From contig OZ199838.1 of NCBI GenBank assembly GCA_964304625.1, forward strand, positions 4,737,354 to 4,801,353: 64,000 nt of DNA, given 5' to 3'. Positions 13,085 to 28,300 of the stretch are shown piece by piece. Below the pieces are notes generated by a model, which had not been told where the DNA came from, ran no database searches, and was given only the letters and a program-made list of their open reading frames with translations. Within the stretch, counting starts at the first letter, position 1. Every line of letters starts with the position of its first letter. Source of the DNA: Kudoa neothunni. Taxonomy: Eukaryota; Animalia; Cnidaria. A program made the position numbers and the translations under genes.

Positions 13085-13157
13085 GAAACTTCGGCGAGCC
13101 ACATTGAAATCGTTGGCGGGCTTTAACCGACCCGGGGAGGTAGTTTGGAGACCTCTG
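13085..13157 (-). mobile_element. Isolated hAT-type terminus
   Basis: Reverse complement begins CAGAGGTCTCCAAACTAC followed by GC-rich GCCCG-type subterminal sequence; partner end not found. Confidence 0.45.
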
Positions 13158-13378
13158 CATTAGACTAACAACATTAAAATAGTGGTGGCATATAGGGTTC
13201 AGAAAACAATTAAATTTAAAATCTCAAATTAGATTTAATTATATTACAAAAAATGTGGTTATATTTTAAATAAAATGTAAATGCTGTTATAGAAGACAAA
13301 TAAGGTATTATGCATTAAGCCGGGAACGGGTTATGGAATGCGCGAGTTGCCATAAGCGAGTTTAGAGATTGTGGTGTA

Positions 13379-16300
13379 ATGGAGCGAGGAAAAGCAGAAT
13401 TTTGCGCACTAGTAGATATGCTATGTAATGTTAATAGTAGCCAGAGCGAAAAGAGTATGTTATACGAGGTATCGATTCTAGCAGCTGGTTGCGACATTCC
13501 CTACCTATTGTAATTTCGGATATAGCAATATAATTCATTATTACAACAAACACAATGCACGTTCGATACAGTAGTAGAGTTGCTATTGGAAACCGAATAC
13601 AATAATACATTATTGATGAGATATGTGTATTTGTTGGATGCACTGGCAATTGTTTTGACGTAACAACCCACATATTGCAACACTTGCCATAATACTTTAA
13701 ACAACTTTTTAGACAAGCATCCAAGTCCAACAACCCAGCTATAATTATAAATCAAACTTTAAAACAAAAAATAGCACGCTTATGCGGGCTGGATGAGGAT
13801 GCTGTCACGTTCAATGATCTTATTTCATCGATCTACTTTTTGGTGAGTTTTGATATGTTTTAATGGTTTTACTGATGGAAAAATTGACACAGATGCGGCC
13901 TTCAAGTGCAACCAACAAACTGATATCAATAAAAGTGTCAAAGTTGTGTTGTAGTTTGCTGGTGTATGCGGCTTCGAAATGTTGGAACGATAGTTTTGTC
14001 TGTTTTCTTCGTTTCTATAACGAGAGGGTGAGCTGTTCTAATAGCAACTTTGTGGTGATATCATTGGTTTTTTAATTAGGACCAATCATCTAATAGTGTT
14101 TATTTTCGAACCCTTTGTTATTTTGTCGAAGATATGACCAACGAAAGAATGGTATCCGCGTTGAAAGTGTTTCTCACGTCAGAATTAAAAAAAGCTACCA
14201 ACCAACTAGTGATTATACTGTTGGATGGGTTAACTAAAAATGTAATTTTTATTCATTTTGAAACAACACCCTCTAGCGTGATAATTTAACACCCTACAGT
14301 TGGAATCTTAATATCTCATGCTCTCGCGTTTTATTGAATTTTTTTGAATATATATATATAATTTTCCGATAAGTCATAGTATAATTTGTGGGATAGTAGG
14401 GTAATAGAGACACGAGCATATGCTTAACTCAATCCTACTTAAGCTGACTATGCAGACATTAATTATGTTTTATCATAAAATTGAAAAATGAGTATATTAA
14501 TCACATTTAAACTATTAGTTCTTCGTTATTTTTAACGATTAATTCTACCATATGATTAATTTTTTCAAAGACAGCAATATTCTAATAAATTTACTAGTTT
14601 TATGATTTAATTTTCGATGTAACCGGCGAAAAAATTATTTTATGGCCTTTATGATTAGAATCAAGCTTGTGATATTACATATTGCATGTACTTTTTTTAA
14701 TTTATTTGCAGATTTTTTAGTTATAATGACAATTAGCTGGGGAGAGGGAGTTTTTCCGATTCGTTTATGATTGAATTTTCCTGGAAATATGATTATTTGG
14801 GCGAATTTTTATTGACTAAAAATGATCGAAATTTGACTTTTACGATAAACATGGAAAAGTTTAATTATGCAACACATTTTTGTTAAAAAATAATACCTTC
14901 GGAAGTTTCTACTGTGCAGTAGAAATAACTCATATTTAATAAGTACCGTAAAACAATTGTGATATTTTCTCTCTTTATGTTTTGGAGTATTCGTAAAGGG
15001 TGTTGTTATTGTTCTGTAAAAATTCGATCTTGAATGATTTTTATGTTAACGAAGCATACAATTTAAATTCATATAACTCCTACTTTTTGTTTTTACCCGT
15101 ATTTTATTCAATCTGCTTTGTTTAATTATTTTTGAGAAATTGTCCCGATCTTGAGGCCAGAATTAATAGATCATTGCCATAATTACACACATGCGATTAA
15201 ATTTGTGGAAAAAAATAGACAGCCTTTATAAATATAACGATTTCTGATCGATGGTACAAGATGATCATTCATATCGGGTAGTTCACGAGTTTAAGTGACG
15301 CTCGCTGAGCTATAATACTTCAAAACAACCAATATATATTTATAATCTCAAAAAAGTATGTTATTATAGTTTACCGTTTTTTCATTATTTTTGTCTGTCG
15401 GTAATTGTAAAAAATAAACCAAATTTTGTTTGATAAGCGTTATGTTTGAAAATCCCCGAAAACAGTGTTTCCCAATGTGGGTACAGCACTTTTTTTAATA
15501 AAAGTGGGATGCGATAGAAAAAAAGTTGGGAAACATTGCCCTAAAGCAGGGGTCGGCAACCGATAAGACCGGAAGAGCTAATTATTGATGGTGGACAACA
15601 TTTTTCTACTCCCGGAGCCGCACATTAAATTTAGGCTCGAAAATAAAAATATTAACTTTTGAAAACATGAAAACATACATTCCAGAAAAATCTCAGGAAA
15701 ATTGTCGAATCAGTCTATCTATGCGTTGTTCTATAACCAATTAACCCATTATTTTAATTATTAGTTTTTTAATGCAGGTGGAAATAATAAAAAAATATAC
15801 ACCTGAATTTTTCTGATTCCTTCAAGTATATTGTAATTTTATTTTCAGTAATTTCCATTATGATAAATTATGAATTCTACCGTTAACCTCTATACAACAA
15901 GTATACGGTAAAAAATTAACCTTCATGAATATTATCGTCAACAACAAGAAAATTTAAACCATATCATTTAATCTTTTTAATGTATTTTCATCAATTTAAT
16001 TATTTCTGCTTCTTTTTATCCTTGGGGCTCTCTGTAATAAAATTAAGGAACGTTTAGTATTCCGAGAGAATTCTTTTTAATGGATAAAATTTAATGAAAG
16101 TGTATGTATAACTATTTCTTTATGTAGAATAATTTACTGAGAAAAATTTTTAAATTGGACAAACTATCAAAACTTCCTTAAGTCCAATTGGAAGGTTTAA
16201 AAAAGTTGTGCATATAAATAACTAAGACGTATTTTGTATAACGCTCAAATAGTTTATTTTTACGGATTTTCAATTTAATATTAACCTTTTTATAAATGAG

Positions 16301-19300
16301 AAATTTTTAATATATATAAGTTATTTGTTTTTTCTGAATCGTTACATTCTATACATAACTTGTAAGTTGGAAATAAAGGAAATTAGTTCAAGGTAGTGAT
16401 GTTCACTACCATGCATTCAATCATTCATTTCCGCTAAACATGGTGTATGTCTCATGATGATTCAATATTCGAACGTAATTGTGAGTTCAACGACTAGGAA
16501 TTATATAATTTCTACGCGTTTTAATCTTAGACATTGTAGTTTATATTATGCGCATAAGATGGGGAGCCGCAGTTTGCCGACCCCTGCCCTAAAGTATTCT
16601 AATAATGACAAACATTCCCGTAAAGAAACTCTTTCCAATTTTTCCTTTTTCATTATATTTTTGATTACGCTGCTAATGGAACTAGTTATTCAAAATTAAT
16701 AATTAAATACATTATGTTTTTCATATAATTTAATTATTACGCCAAATTACAGGTAGAACTTTTTTATGCTATGTATGATCAATCTCTATCTCATGTGTAT
16801 CAAAATTGTTGCATATCGTCCGATAATTAGACATTATTTTATAAGATTTGAAAAATGAATCAAATGTAGTTATTTTAACTGAATTAATCTATTAGTACTG
16901 GGATAATCTTTGAGTCTGAATTATGAGTTCTTTAGAAGTTGACATATGCTATAAATAATTACTTTAGAACATTATATATTTTAAACATTGATATTATTTA
17001 GTAGAGAGATAAATTAATAATTTCTTAACAATTACGAGTCGTATATTTGTTACGTTTAACGAATTACTAGAACGAATCTGTTGTTTCCAACGTTTGTTTA
17101 ATTTAAACCTATTTGGAGCAGGGAAATAATTTAAATTCCATTTTTATCTATTACTATGATTGGTTTTGTTGTGTATATAATTAAAGAATGTGAGATTAAA
17201 TTTACTCCAGCTTCTTAAAGGGTGAAAATGTATGTGATGTTTGTTAAAACAATAAATTAGTTGCTCCTATTGGAACAAAACAGTAATCAGGCGTTGACAG
17301 AGTCAGCAGTTGAAATAATTCATTCGATTATACAAACGTTCTCCGCGTTGAACCCATTCTTATCTTTTGATGTGTTTTTCTCGGTCAAACTCCCCTCAAC
17401 AGACATCACATTCACTTTCTACCTTATACAAATGATCAATCATCCGCTCAACGAGATTCGGATGGAAATCTATGAATGGTTTTGTTCATTTTTGCAGTGT
17501 CATGTAATTGTGATGAACTATTTCCAACCGTTGTTCAAACAAATAATAGGCCAGCGGCACAAGAAATAGAAGAGAACTAGAATTTTTTATCAATGAGAAT
17601 ATTCTTGAGTTGATTGTTGAACAATGCGTATTAAGCAGATGGTAATTTTGCTGAATTTGACTTTTCTTAGGCATCACTAAACTCCACATTTTGCATAGCA
17701 CCAAACAATCGAAAGAATCCAAATGTGTTTCCAAACTCTACCTGGAAATAGTCTCCAAGTTGTATATAACAGTAGTTGATCACGGCTTTGTATTGTCATT
17801 TGAGGTGAATTTCGGTAGAACTGTCCACCAGATCGTCAGATTGAAGTGCTGAACAAGACTCTAGGTCTCACATGTCGAATAATTATGAACATTAATGTGG
17901 TAACTGGCTAAAAAGCTTTTGCACAATATACTGCTAATAACTATCTAAACATACTTTCTCAAAAATAGGATTGTACTGCTGCCTATTTGGAAACCGTTGA
18001 ACGAATTCTCAGAGAATTAATCAAAAACAAAGATTTCGTCCTCGACCAACAATCTCACAATCAAATATTACAACACATTTGTTTCGACTGTTTGTGTTCG
18101 ATTTTTCGGAACCATCAAATACATTCAATCCAACTTCAATCAACCAACACGTCCAGCGACACTGACGACAGTGTTACTGTTGCCAGTACGAAAACTGACA
18201 GACTAGTTTCTCAAACTGATTGCCGTCACTTATAGTTCCTAGATTGATACATCGAATTTTCGACTGTTTGGTGTTGTGCTGTTCGTCTGCTCGCAGTATC
18301 GAGTTCTGTGTACTCACGCTGAATTCATTGGTGATGAACCAACAAAATTCTGGTAATTAAACTTACGGATAATTCTTATATTTGCTAAAATACTTAAAAA
18401 ATTAGATAACTATTCATGGAAAGTTTGCCACCTATTTCACACCTGGATCACTGTCACTGGGTTCAAAACCAGAGATTGTTATGAGGTGATTGCACATTTA
18501 TTTCTATTATCCTAATAAAATTTTTAGTCAGTAACACATGTAATGATGAATATTCTCAGCAGCCAACCCTTCAAGACTTGCTTCCTCTCCATGCTTAATC
18601 TGCCAAATGAGTTCATCATACCCATAATCCATGAATATACAAGCATCATTAAAATCTATTTACATTGGTACAACGAAAACATGATTGTTGAGTGGATATC
18701 TGTGGTGATCACCAAAGTGATTTATTATTAAACTGAATACAACTAATGTCACATCTAACATTGGGGTATAGCTTTTCAATATGTTGAGCTGTTTGGAGGA
18801 AGTTTCAAAAAGCGTTGAAGTAAAATGATTGTCGCAGATCGGTTAATTATTTTATACTTGTCGAATAGCACGATATGTCTCTCCTGTCTCCAAAACAACG
18901 TGAACTCTATGAAACGATGGAGAGGGATATCTCATCGTTTATGATGTTCTGTTTCCAGACATGGCCTCAGTGTTTTAGAGTATTTTGTTATAGGCTGTGC
19001 AATTTTGTTGGAGGGCATTTATTAATCAATGAATTAAATTGTCGATTTTTTTTTCAAGATTTTACATCCTAAAATACTTAAATATTTATCTAATTTTACC
19101 AATCTAGCCCCAAAGTGATCTAATATTTTTACTTTTGAGCTAAATTCTAGATTAGATATGAACAAATCAAATAATTAATTTTTAACATTAAAAATATCTG
19201 AAATTCGTTGTTTGGGGGATTATCTACCTTTATACTTAATGATAGGAAGATTTAATATAAAAACATGTTTAATTTTTTTTTGATTATTTAAGCATTTTAA

Positions 19301-22300
19301 TTATTTCCATTAGTTTTTAGTAAATGAGTATTGGATCGTATAATTTAATTCGTTTTGAGCATTTTGGGGTATATCGAATTATTTCATTCTCTTAATATTT
19401 TGAAAACTGCTAAAAAACAATCAAGAATTTCATGAATTAAAAAAAGTAATAAACGCAGTCTTCTATAAATTGAGGCTGAAGGAGAAAAAATAATATCGCA
19501 CATGCGAAATTTAATTAACAATAATGTTTTCCAACTCAAAATAAAAATTTACATCCTGCGCATAATGGATTCAAATTAATACTTCGTTTTGAACACAATA
19601 AATGTGAAAGATGAAGAAATAAGTTAGAAATCTAGAAATTATTATTTATTTCTAGTAAGTGACTATTCTTATGTGCCATGGGATACAGGTAGGTCTAGTT
19701 TTGACATTATTTAATTATTTGTGGTCCATCTCTTCGTTAACAGGGGCCAAATATAATTAATTATGGTATATCCAAGAAAAATTACTGCATATGCTACCTA
19801 TACGTGGGAGTTTTTTAATTGAAAAAGTTGGCTTTGCGGGTCTGACCCTATCTGGGATTAAAGTCGTTCGTAGGAACAACCATGATCTATTAATATTAGG
19901 AATTTGAATAACGGATCATTTTTTATTGTATAATTAAAATTTTTCAATATCGTTTCTTAATGTTAGCCACATTCAACTAAATTGATTAATATTAGTTTTG
20001 TAAAATCTATTTTTCTGCAATCTATTGATATTTAACTAAATGATTTGATCAGTTATATTTCAGTGGTAATTTCTTAAGTTAAAAATAAAGATAATGTTTT
20101 CAAAAATATGTTCTAATAATTATTTGCTGATTAGATTAATCAGGAAGCAACTTGGGAAAATGACGCCAGATAATGTCTACAACAAAATTTCGCATTAAAA
20201 ACGATTCGTTCACTTTTTAGAATTTTATCCTGATTTTCTTAAAAAATAGTGCTAGGTTATTTTTTCAAATTTTTCCCTAATTGATTAGCGAATAATTATC
20301 ACGTAGTAAACAAATTTTTGGACCGTATTATTTATCAATATTCTTTTGTTGTTCTAATTTAAGTGTCAAAAATCAAATTAACTGATTAAATTACCGTATT
20401 GATATAAATAAATTATAGAACCGCAGTTTATAGTTTTGTATTTTCTTCAAAATTATGGAAAAATTTAGTTGAAATTTAATACATTTGTTTAAAATTAGGC
20501 ACAGGCTATTCTTAAGATATAGAATATCTCCTAGAATAACTAAGATACTATAAAACTGATTTCACTAGTATGTAAAGACATTTTTATTTCCTCATTTGTA
20601 CAAAATTTATCAAATTATATTTTTATTAAAAATTTCTGATGAGTATGATCCTTTAATCATCTTTTATTTATTGAGTTCACTTATAATGCATCCATTTATA
20701 AATATAATAGCGTGTGAAATATGTTTTAAAGGATAAAAATGACAAGTTCAATGCTACTAATAAGTTCAGGGGTTTTAATCGTGAACCACTTGCGCCATAC
20801 GTTCTAGCCTGCCAAAGTAACCTTGTCTAATACGTACGAAACGTCGTTTGCAGTGCCGAAAAACTGTTGATTTTTAAATAAATTTTCAATTAATATCAAA
20901 AAATTCATTGAAAATTGACAGATTTTATGTATAATAAACACAGAAGGTGATGTTTACATTCTCTAATTCTCGAATTTTCAGAGTAGAAGACCATTTTTAT
21001 CTAAGTATGGGGTTTTCGTTCAAAATTTAACTCATAATATTTTAAAATATTGCAATTCCTTAGACCAAGCGTTTTTTGAAATAATACTTGAAAAGGTTTG
21101 CTCTGCATCAGCCACATTAATTTATAACAAAGAAGTTTATCTACATTAATAATATAATCGACTCATAGAATTGATAAAGAAGTGGTGAAATGTAAAAATC
21201 GAATTCTTTCTGATATTTTAATAGGATATTAAAAAATATCCCGTATGTTTTGAATATTAGCGTTATTTTCAGTAGAGTATAGCCGCAACTTATGGGGTCC
21301 CTGCCTGGAAGAGGTCACAAATCAGTCGAGTTGTCATAAATAATCATGGTAAGAAAGTAAAATCTCAGTTTTATGATAATGATTCACTTATCTGCAATAA
21401 TTTTAACATTAATATATGTTTTTGTGAAATGTGAGTCTAACGAAAATAACACTTAGAGGATGTTGCGTGTAGTTTCTCTTGAGGTAAGATTGCTACTCAA
21501 ATATTTTAAATTTATTAATCGTTGATAGGGATTTTCTTAATAGATAATGAATCTTCAAATAATATCTAATATTAATTTATTGTATAAAAGCAATATAAAT
21601 TTGAATAAACTTCGGTATCTGAAATGCCCGAACACAACCTCGTCAAAAAAATTCTCGAGTGTTAAATATTAGAAATTTTAAAATCACGCCTATTTCGATA
21701 TTTAATAAAACCAAGATTTCTAACCATCATTCTTTGGTTTGAATTTTCCATCAAAATTTAATGTATTAGGCCGAAGGTAATAGAACAAGCATTATTGAAC
21801 TTCCGATAAACAAATGAAGTTACGTTATCCAAATAATTAAAAATACAAAATTTAAAACATATATTATTATCGATGTATAAATTCGTTTACATATGGCCTC
21901 GTAAAATATTAAATAAATATTTTTCATTGGATGATCTATGAAATGCGGTATCTATATACATATGTCAATACATTTCACGAAAGAAATATCTAATTTTAAA
22001 TAAGGTTAACGAAATTTACAACGTTTTCTCTTATTTAATAAACTATCCAGAGCAGCGTGGCTTTCAGGTAAACACAGGAAAAATCGTGCTTAGCTCAAAT
22101 TCAACGAGAAAGTAGAATATGTAAAAATCATTTTTACCACAAAATAAAAGCTCCATTAGGTATTATTTTTGAAAATAGGTTTACAAGTAGGCGAACTTAA
22201 AGGACCAACTACGATATAACGCCCAAACTCATCAATGAATTTTAATAAAAAGATAACTTTATGAAATTTTATTTTCGAGGAAATAAAAAATAGCTTTGCA

Positions 22301-25300
22301 CAATAATGGAATCAGTTTTGTAATATCTCAGTTATTCTAGGAGATATTCTTTATCGTAAGAATAGCCACTGCCTAAAAATTATTGTAAAGTTAGTTTATA
22401 ATAAAAATTTTATCTAAGAGAAGATTCAACTTTTTTAATTGTTAACTCGTATTTTAATTATTTTAATGTAGAATTCAAAATTATATAAAAATTTACTTTA
22501 TATCTAAATAATGCGCAGAACGGCTATTACTTGACAGGAGTGCCTACCTAACTTGAGTTAGGAATCACTTTTCCAAAATTAAACATTTTTCTCTTAAAGT
22601 CTGTTTTTAATTTATATTTTTCTTATTTGAAGAATAAATTTGAATTAATAATTTAGATTTAACTTGGTTATTTTAGAAATATTTGCTAAGAAATATCTTT
22701 GGAGCTTTACGTTCTAGTGTTTTTCAAGAGATTTATGCTTTTGAGTCTAACTTATAATTTTTTTTAGAATCTGAAAAAATATTAATTCATTAGAATATAA
22801 TAGACCAAATCTAATTTTTTGGTTGAAGATTTTTATTTCATGCCTGATTAATATTGACATTAAAGCGTAGAATAGCCTGATTTGACTTGAAACCATTTTT
22901 AAATTTCTTATAAAAGTAATAATTTTCGGATTAAACGTCCCACAATTCAAAAAATAGTCATATTAACCATCCCTGTACTACGCAGAATAAACTATCTTAA
23001 TGACCTTTAATTTATTTGTTTCATGCTTTAAACAATTTTAAACTAAGTATAAGATGTTCTGCATAGGAAATTAAATTAATTATGAAGCGTTAGTAGGCTA
23101 CAAAACAAGGTCCCACGAAGTATCAATATCGGCTATTTAAAATTAAGGAAGGATTTAATGGTACAAAAATTAAAACTGAATATATTTCATCTGAAAATAA
23201 AATAGTTTGGAAAATGAAAACTACGTTAAAAGAGGAAATCGCAAGTAAAATTGATTTGAGTGGATAGAAACAGCGACAGCCTTATCGCATAAGATAAGAA
23301 ACAACAATTTAACTATGATAGGATTAAATTGAATAAAGATGTCTTGGATCTAATGAGTAATTTAGCGTAATTTTTAAGTATATATATATAAAAGGTAACG
23401 TTCAAATTAACTCTGGAAATTTGATTTATGCATTCTTTTTTGTCAGGCATAATTTGATAATTGAAAACACTAGATATACCGTGTTAGTTCTGTGATGTAA
23501 TCTTTAATTTTCTCTGTATTTCTGTTTTAAAAATTTTTTATCTTGAATTTAATATCAGAAGTGGGTTTTCATAATTATAAAGTTATGAACTGACCGAAAA
23601 TCCCCTGATTTTTAAATTACATTATTGATTCTCTTTAAAAATAATTATAATTAAAAATTTTATAGTGGATCTACTGACGTCGTTCTATTGGTAAACTTAT
23701 AATAACGAATGATAAATCCGATAGTAAGATATGTTATTTTTGGATTAAGACTCGGTAATCCGCGGCAAAATTCTATGATATGCTAAGATTAATCATTTAC
23801 TCAATTAAATATTACATCTCAAATATCTGTATCTTCATATATAAGAGAAAAATATATTTACTCGATATAAATGTGTTTTCTCTAAAATCGAAACATACTT
23901 TTGTTTGTAAAGGCACAAAAATCATTAATATTGACTGATAATTTTTTTAAATATAATATTTTTACACCAATCCGAGTGCTTTATAGTTTTAGAGGAATTC
24001 CGAAATTTATGTATGTTTTGAACTTGACTATCCAAAACTGGGTTCAAGTTAGTCGGATTTGAGGTCCACGCGGACGCCACTCCGGACAGGGAGGGTTAAA
24101 TATTTTTTATTTGTTCGAACGAAATTATTATTGTTATTTAATAAAATTTCGACGATTCTTTTAGCATTGTGCTAATTATAAAGGTAATCAATTATAAAGC
24201 ATTCTAAAATTGATCTTTAATATTTAAACAAGTGTTTGAAGGTTATTTTTACGAAATAGTATAAAAATATAAAGGAATCAGAGCGGCAAACTAAAATTTT
24301 TTTTATTAAACTTAATACATCTACGCGTGAAAACATCTGTGTTCGTAAATCTAATTGCGATCAAACTGAAAAATTTAATATCACTATTGATAGATGCCAA
24401 AAATTGCACTTTTTCTGTTAATAACACGAATTAAATTCAACCTCACGTATGTAGAATGTGTACGAAGAAATATCCAATAGATTGCTTCGTTTCTGTAGTG
24501 GAAATGGAGGAGTTTTGGCATTTAGCGCGGAACCTTTTCTTGACGCTCTCATTGTTTTGAGGTAACTTTTTATTTGATATTTGATTCAAAATAAATGACA
24601 TTTTTTGTTCTATCGAATCTGAAATATAGATTTTTATGATATACAATACAATAATTTTAATTTAGCTCAAATATGGACGAACAAACCCAGTATAATTTAC
24701 ATTGTTGTATATACGAAGAGATTAAAAATATCTTTCTAAACGTCAATATGGCGTGTGCGTTTGAACAGGAATCGAATTTTGTCACTTTTATGGGACTTGA
24801 CCAAAACGGTCTTAATTCTCCTCCAGACAACACCAAACAAGTATTACCTTCACCACTAAAAGAATTTTTAAACGTGTATGGGTAGATGAAAATATTTTTT
24901 CAACTTATTGGATGTGTGTTGAGAAAGTCAAAATATCCACTTCGAGTAATAAGATAATGCGATTGATTATATGTATTTTGATGTTGTGTGTGTTATAGCA
25001 AAAACTACCTCAGTTAGACTCATTTTTACGGATGTTTACCCCAAAAATGTACAACATTTACATGTAAGATTACTCGAATAGATTCGACTTGCAATCATGC
25101 CGTGTCTTCTTGCCTACCACTCTTATCTACTTGGATTCAATTTAGATACTACTGTAACCTATGGAATGCAAACAACAGTTTATTGGCTGAGAAAATCAAA
25201 CTGGAATTATCCATTGACATTGGTGTCTCTATAGGTGTGTCCACTGGAAAATATTTACATATTACTGATTCTTATATTTAGAGGATATTTGTGGCATCGA

Positions 25301-28300
25301 AATAAGACGTGAGAATGTGTTTTATCTGCAGGTTTTTGGCGACAAAATGTATCAAATAGATTGTGTAGTGTCATTGAATGCAACTTTACGTGTAGATTCA
25401 CTTTAATGTTGGCGCTGTTGATGAGAAATATTGAGCTGTCAGACCAATATCTGTTCGAGGCAATTAATAGCGACTTTATGATGCAAACACTCAAATTGCC
25501 TTTAAATCGAATTCTAAACTGGTTCAGTATTAGTTTATTAAAAAAAATCTCGATCTATTTGAAACATTTCATTAGAAATCTTCGCAAGAACGCTCCTCAT
25601 GAAAACAATTTCCAACGACAACACTTTAAAGTTTAGCCTTTGGTTTTTTTATGTTTTATTGACCAATATTAAAAATGTATATCTAATTTTGGTTGAATAA
25701 CTGTTATGTATTGTGATTATATTTCGTTTTAGCATTATATTCAACAAACTGTTTCCACCGAACTTCTTTCCAAAGTGTAAGCTTATTACTATACTGATAC
25801 CTTTTCCAATTTTCTTATGTATTGTTCACCAATAATATAGTAATAAGAATATCAAAGAGAAACTTGAGATTGGACATGATGCCTTGAAAAATCTGTTTAT
25901 TCGGGATCTTGTTTCTCTCACAAGTTCATATAATAGTTTATTGTGTTAGCTAACGTACATGCTAGATTCCTGTTTATTAAAATCATTGAATAAGAATTTG
26001 GAATCTTCGTCTCAGTCTGGTATATTTTGAATTGGATAATTTACTTCTGGTAGCCGGTTTTACGCATTCTGTTGGAAACTTTTGATAGGTGGACAAATTC
26101 GAAACAACATTTTTAATTAAAACGCGCCTTAATTTTTTAACGATAATTATGTTTAAAAAATTCGTATGGGAAATTTTAATAATAAAAAATATGAACTCAT
26201 AATGTATGGATGATTATGTTTATAACACCAATAAAACTCGGGGGAGAGGTTAAACTTTGAAAAATTTCAATAAGAATATTACTTCTGAAGTGTCTTTAAA
26301 GCTAATTTTGTACATGTAGCCGCTCTTCAGTATGAGTCGTCCCTAATTCCTTGTAGAGATTTTAAAAGCTTGCGATAAATTTAAAAAATTTGTCTTTGAT
26401 ATAAATAGGCCGCTGTAATACACTTTAATGAACATTTATTCTCACGTTACGTACATTTAATTGATATATAATGTTCAAAATTGTTATAACCATTTTTTCA
26501 TCATTAATTTTGAGTTTGGATGAAGATTAAATCCTCCTAAAAAATTCTTTCCAATATTTTTGCTGATGTATTGCTATTAAACGCAATTATGAATTATAAT
26601 TCCATTTTTTATTATATATATTAACTAGAGGTAAACTTTGGATTCACATTTTGATTCGTTCGTCACGAATGATGTTAATATTCAGCTATATTAAAAATAT
26701 AGGTTATAGCTAGAAAGGATAAATAAAGAACATCAGAATTAGAATCAGATTAAATATTCACTATTTTAGTCTACGTAAGGTTTTGTGCTTCCAGCGTAGA
26801 GGCGGTTCTTTATTTATTCCACCAGAAAAAATATTCTGATGCATAAAATATAAGTTTTCAGTAGTTTGTTAGATATTTTCCCCAAGGCTTAAAGCTTTCC
26901 AAATAGATCCATTCTTGTTTTGTTTACCTCTAGAGTTGAAATTCTTTTTCTATATGAAGCTTTCGCGTAAGGAAAGCCCGAGCTATTATTTTCATACATC
27001 TGTTATAATTGATTGTTACATTTTAATCCTTTCTTTGGCTTGTTTAGTGATTATTCTCCTCAAAAAATCGAGATTTTTATCTCTTTATTCTTCTGGAGCA
27101 TTAACAGCTTCATTTATTGCACAATTCTCCCTAAGTTGTTTACTTTTTAAGATTACTCTAATACACACTCTCTTGGAGTATTAATCTTATTTATTCATAT
27201 GGCACTCTCTTCGTAGCGACTTTGATATATTTTCTGTTGATTCCTAAAACAAAGCCACAACATTTTTTTCTGTTACCTATATCTAGAAATTATAAGATGT
27301 AATACGGAGAAGTATTGCCATTTTTTCTTATTTTATGGCTAGATTTTTAAAATTAGTAATATTCGGAGGTATTAATTTAAATATAATCTATTATTTAATG
27401 AGAAGATTTCTACCGCCGATGACTGTTAAAAGTTGGTAACTATTACTGCTTCCTTTCTTGTTAGCGTGTTCGTCAAACCGTTACAAAAATATCCTTAATA
27501 ACATTGCGAAAAATAAAAATTTTGAAATATTATGTTAGTATAACCTAAATGAACCTAAAAATATGCCCTATATGGTATTGAAATATTGCCATTTTTCGTG
27601 TTTGGAATTTTTAATGTCTATTTGATCGATTGTACGTTAAATATTAATGAATCAAAGTTTTCTCATAACCGCCATCTAAAACTATATAATATTTACTTTT
27701 ATTATTTTTTACTCGGGTAAAAATATTGACTAGGATTTTCGTACCTCGTAGTGAACCTTTTTGATTAAATATTTGCTAGAGTTTCCATTATACGATTTAG
27801 CGGTTCATCCACGTTAGATTTGTTATAAATATATCATTGTTTCATTGTTGCCGATTAAATCATGGGAATTTTTTTAAATCTTTCACTGCTAACTTCAAGA
27901 ATTCTTTTAATCACTGAAGTGTAATTTACTCCAATGAGTCGTTTACTATATCCAAATTCGCTATATAAGATATAAGAGTAGTAATGATGCCTGTAGTTTT
28001 CTTTATTTAGATCTCTTTTTTTAGGTTTTTGCTTTGACATTAAAGTTAGAAAAAAAATAATTAGTGCTTTTTACCAAAAAATATGTAATGATTCGATCAT
28101 GCTATTTTGTAATATCTGAAATAGTTTTAATCGAACAGTATGCAATAAATCTAATCTTAGTGATCAAATTATTAAATCACTCACAAACTGTGGGAAACCG
28201 GCTATCTTTATCTTTCTGTCTTGATCTGTTGGTTTATCATTTATTTATTGTGTACGCAATACAATTTATACCAATTTTCAAGGTTCTTACTTTGAATCGG

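Noticed and set aside
13085-13200. GC-rich island as a possible RNase P/MRP or SRP RNA
   Set aside because: Conserved ncRNA motifs not found; the reverse complement begins with a hAT-like terminus
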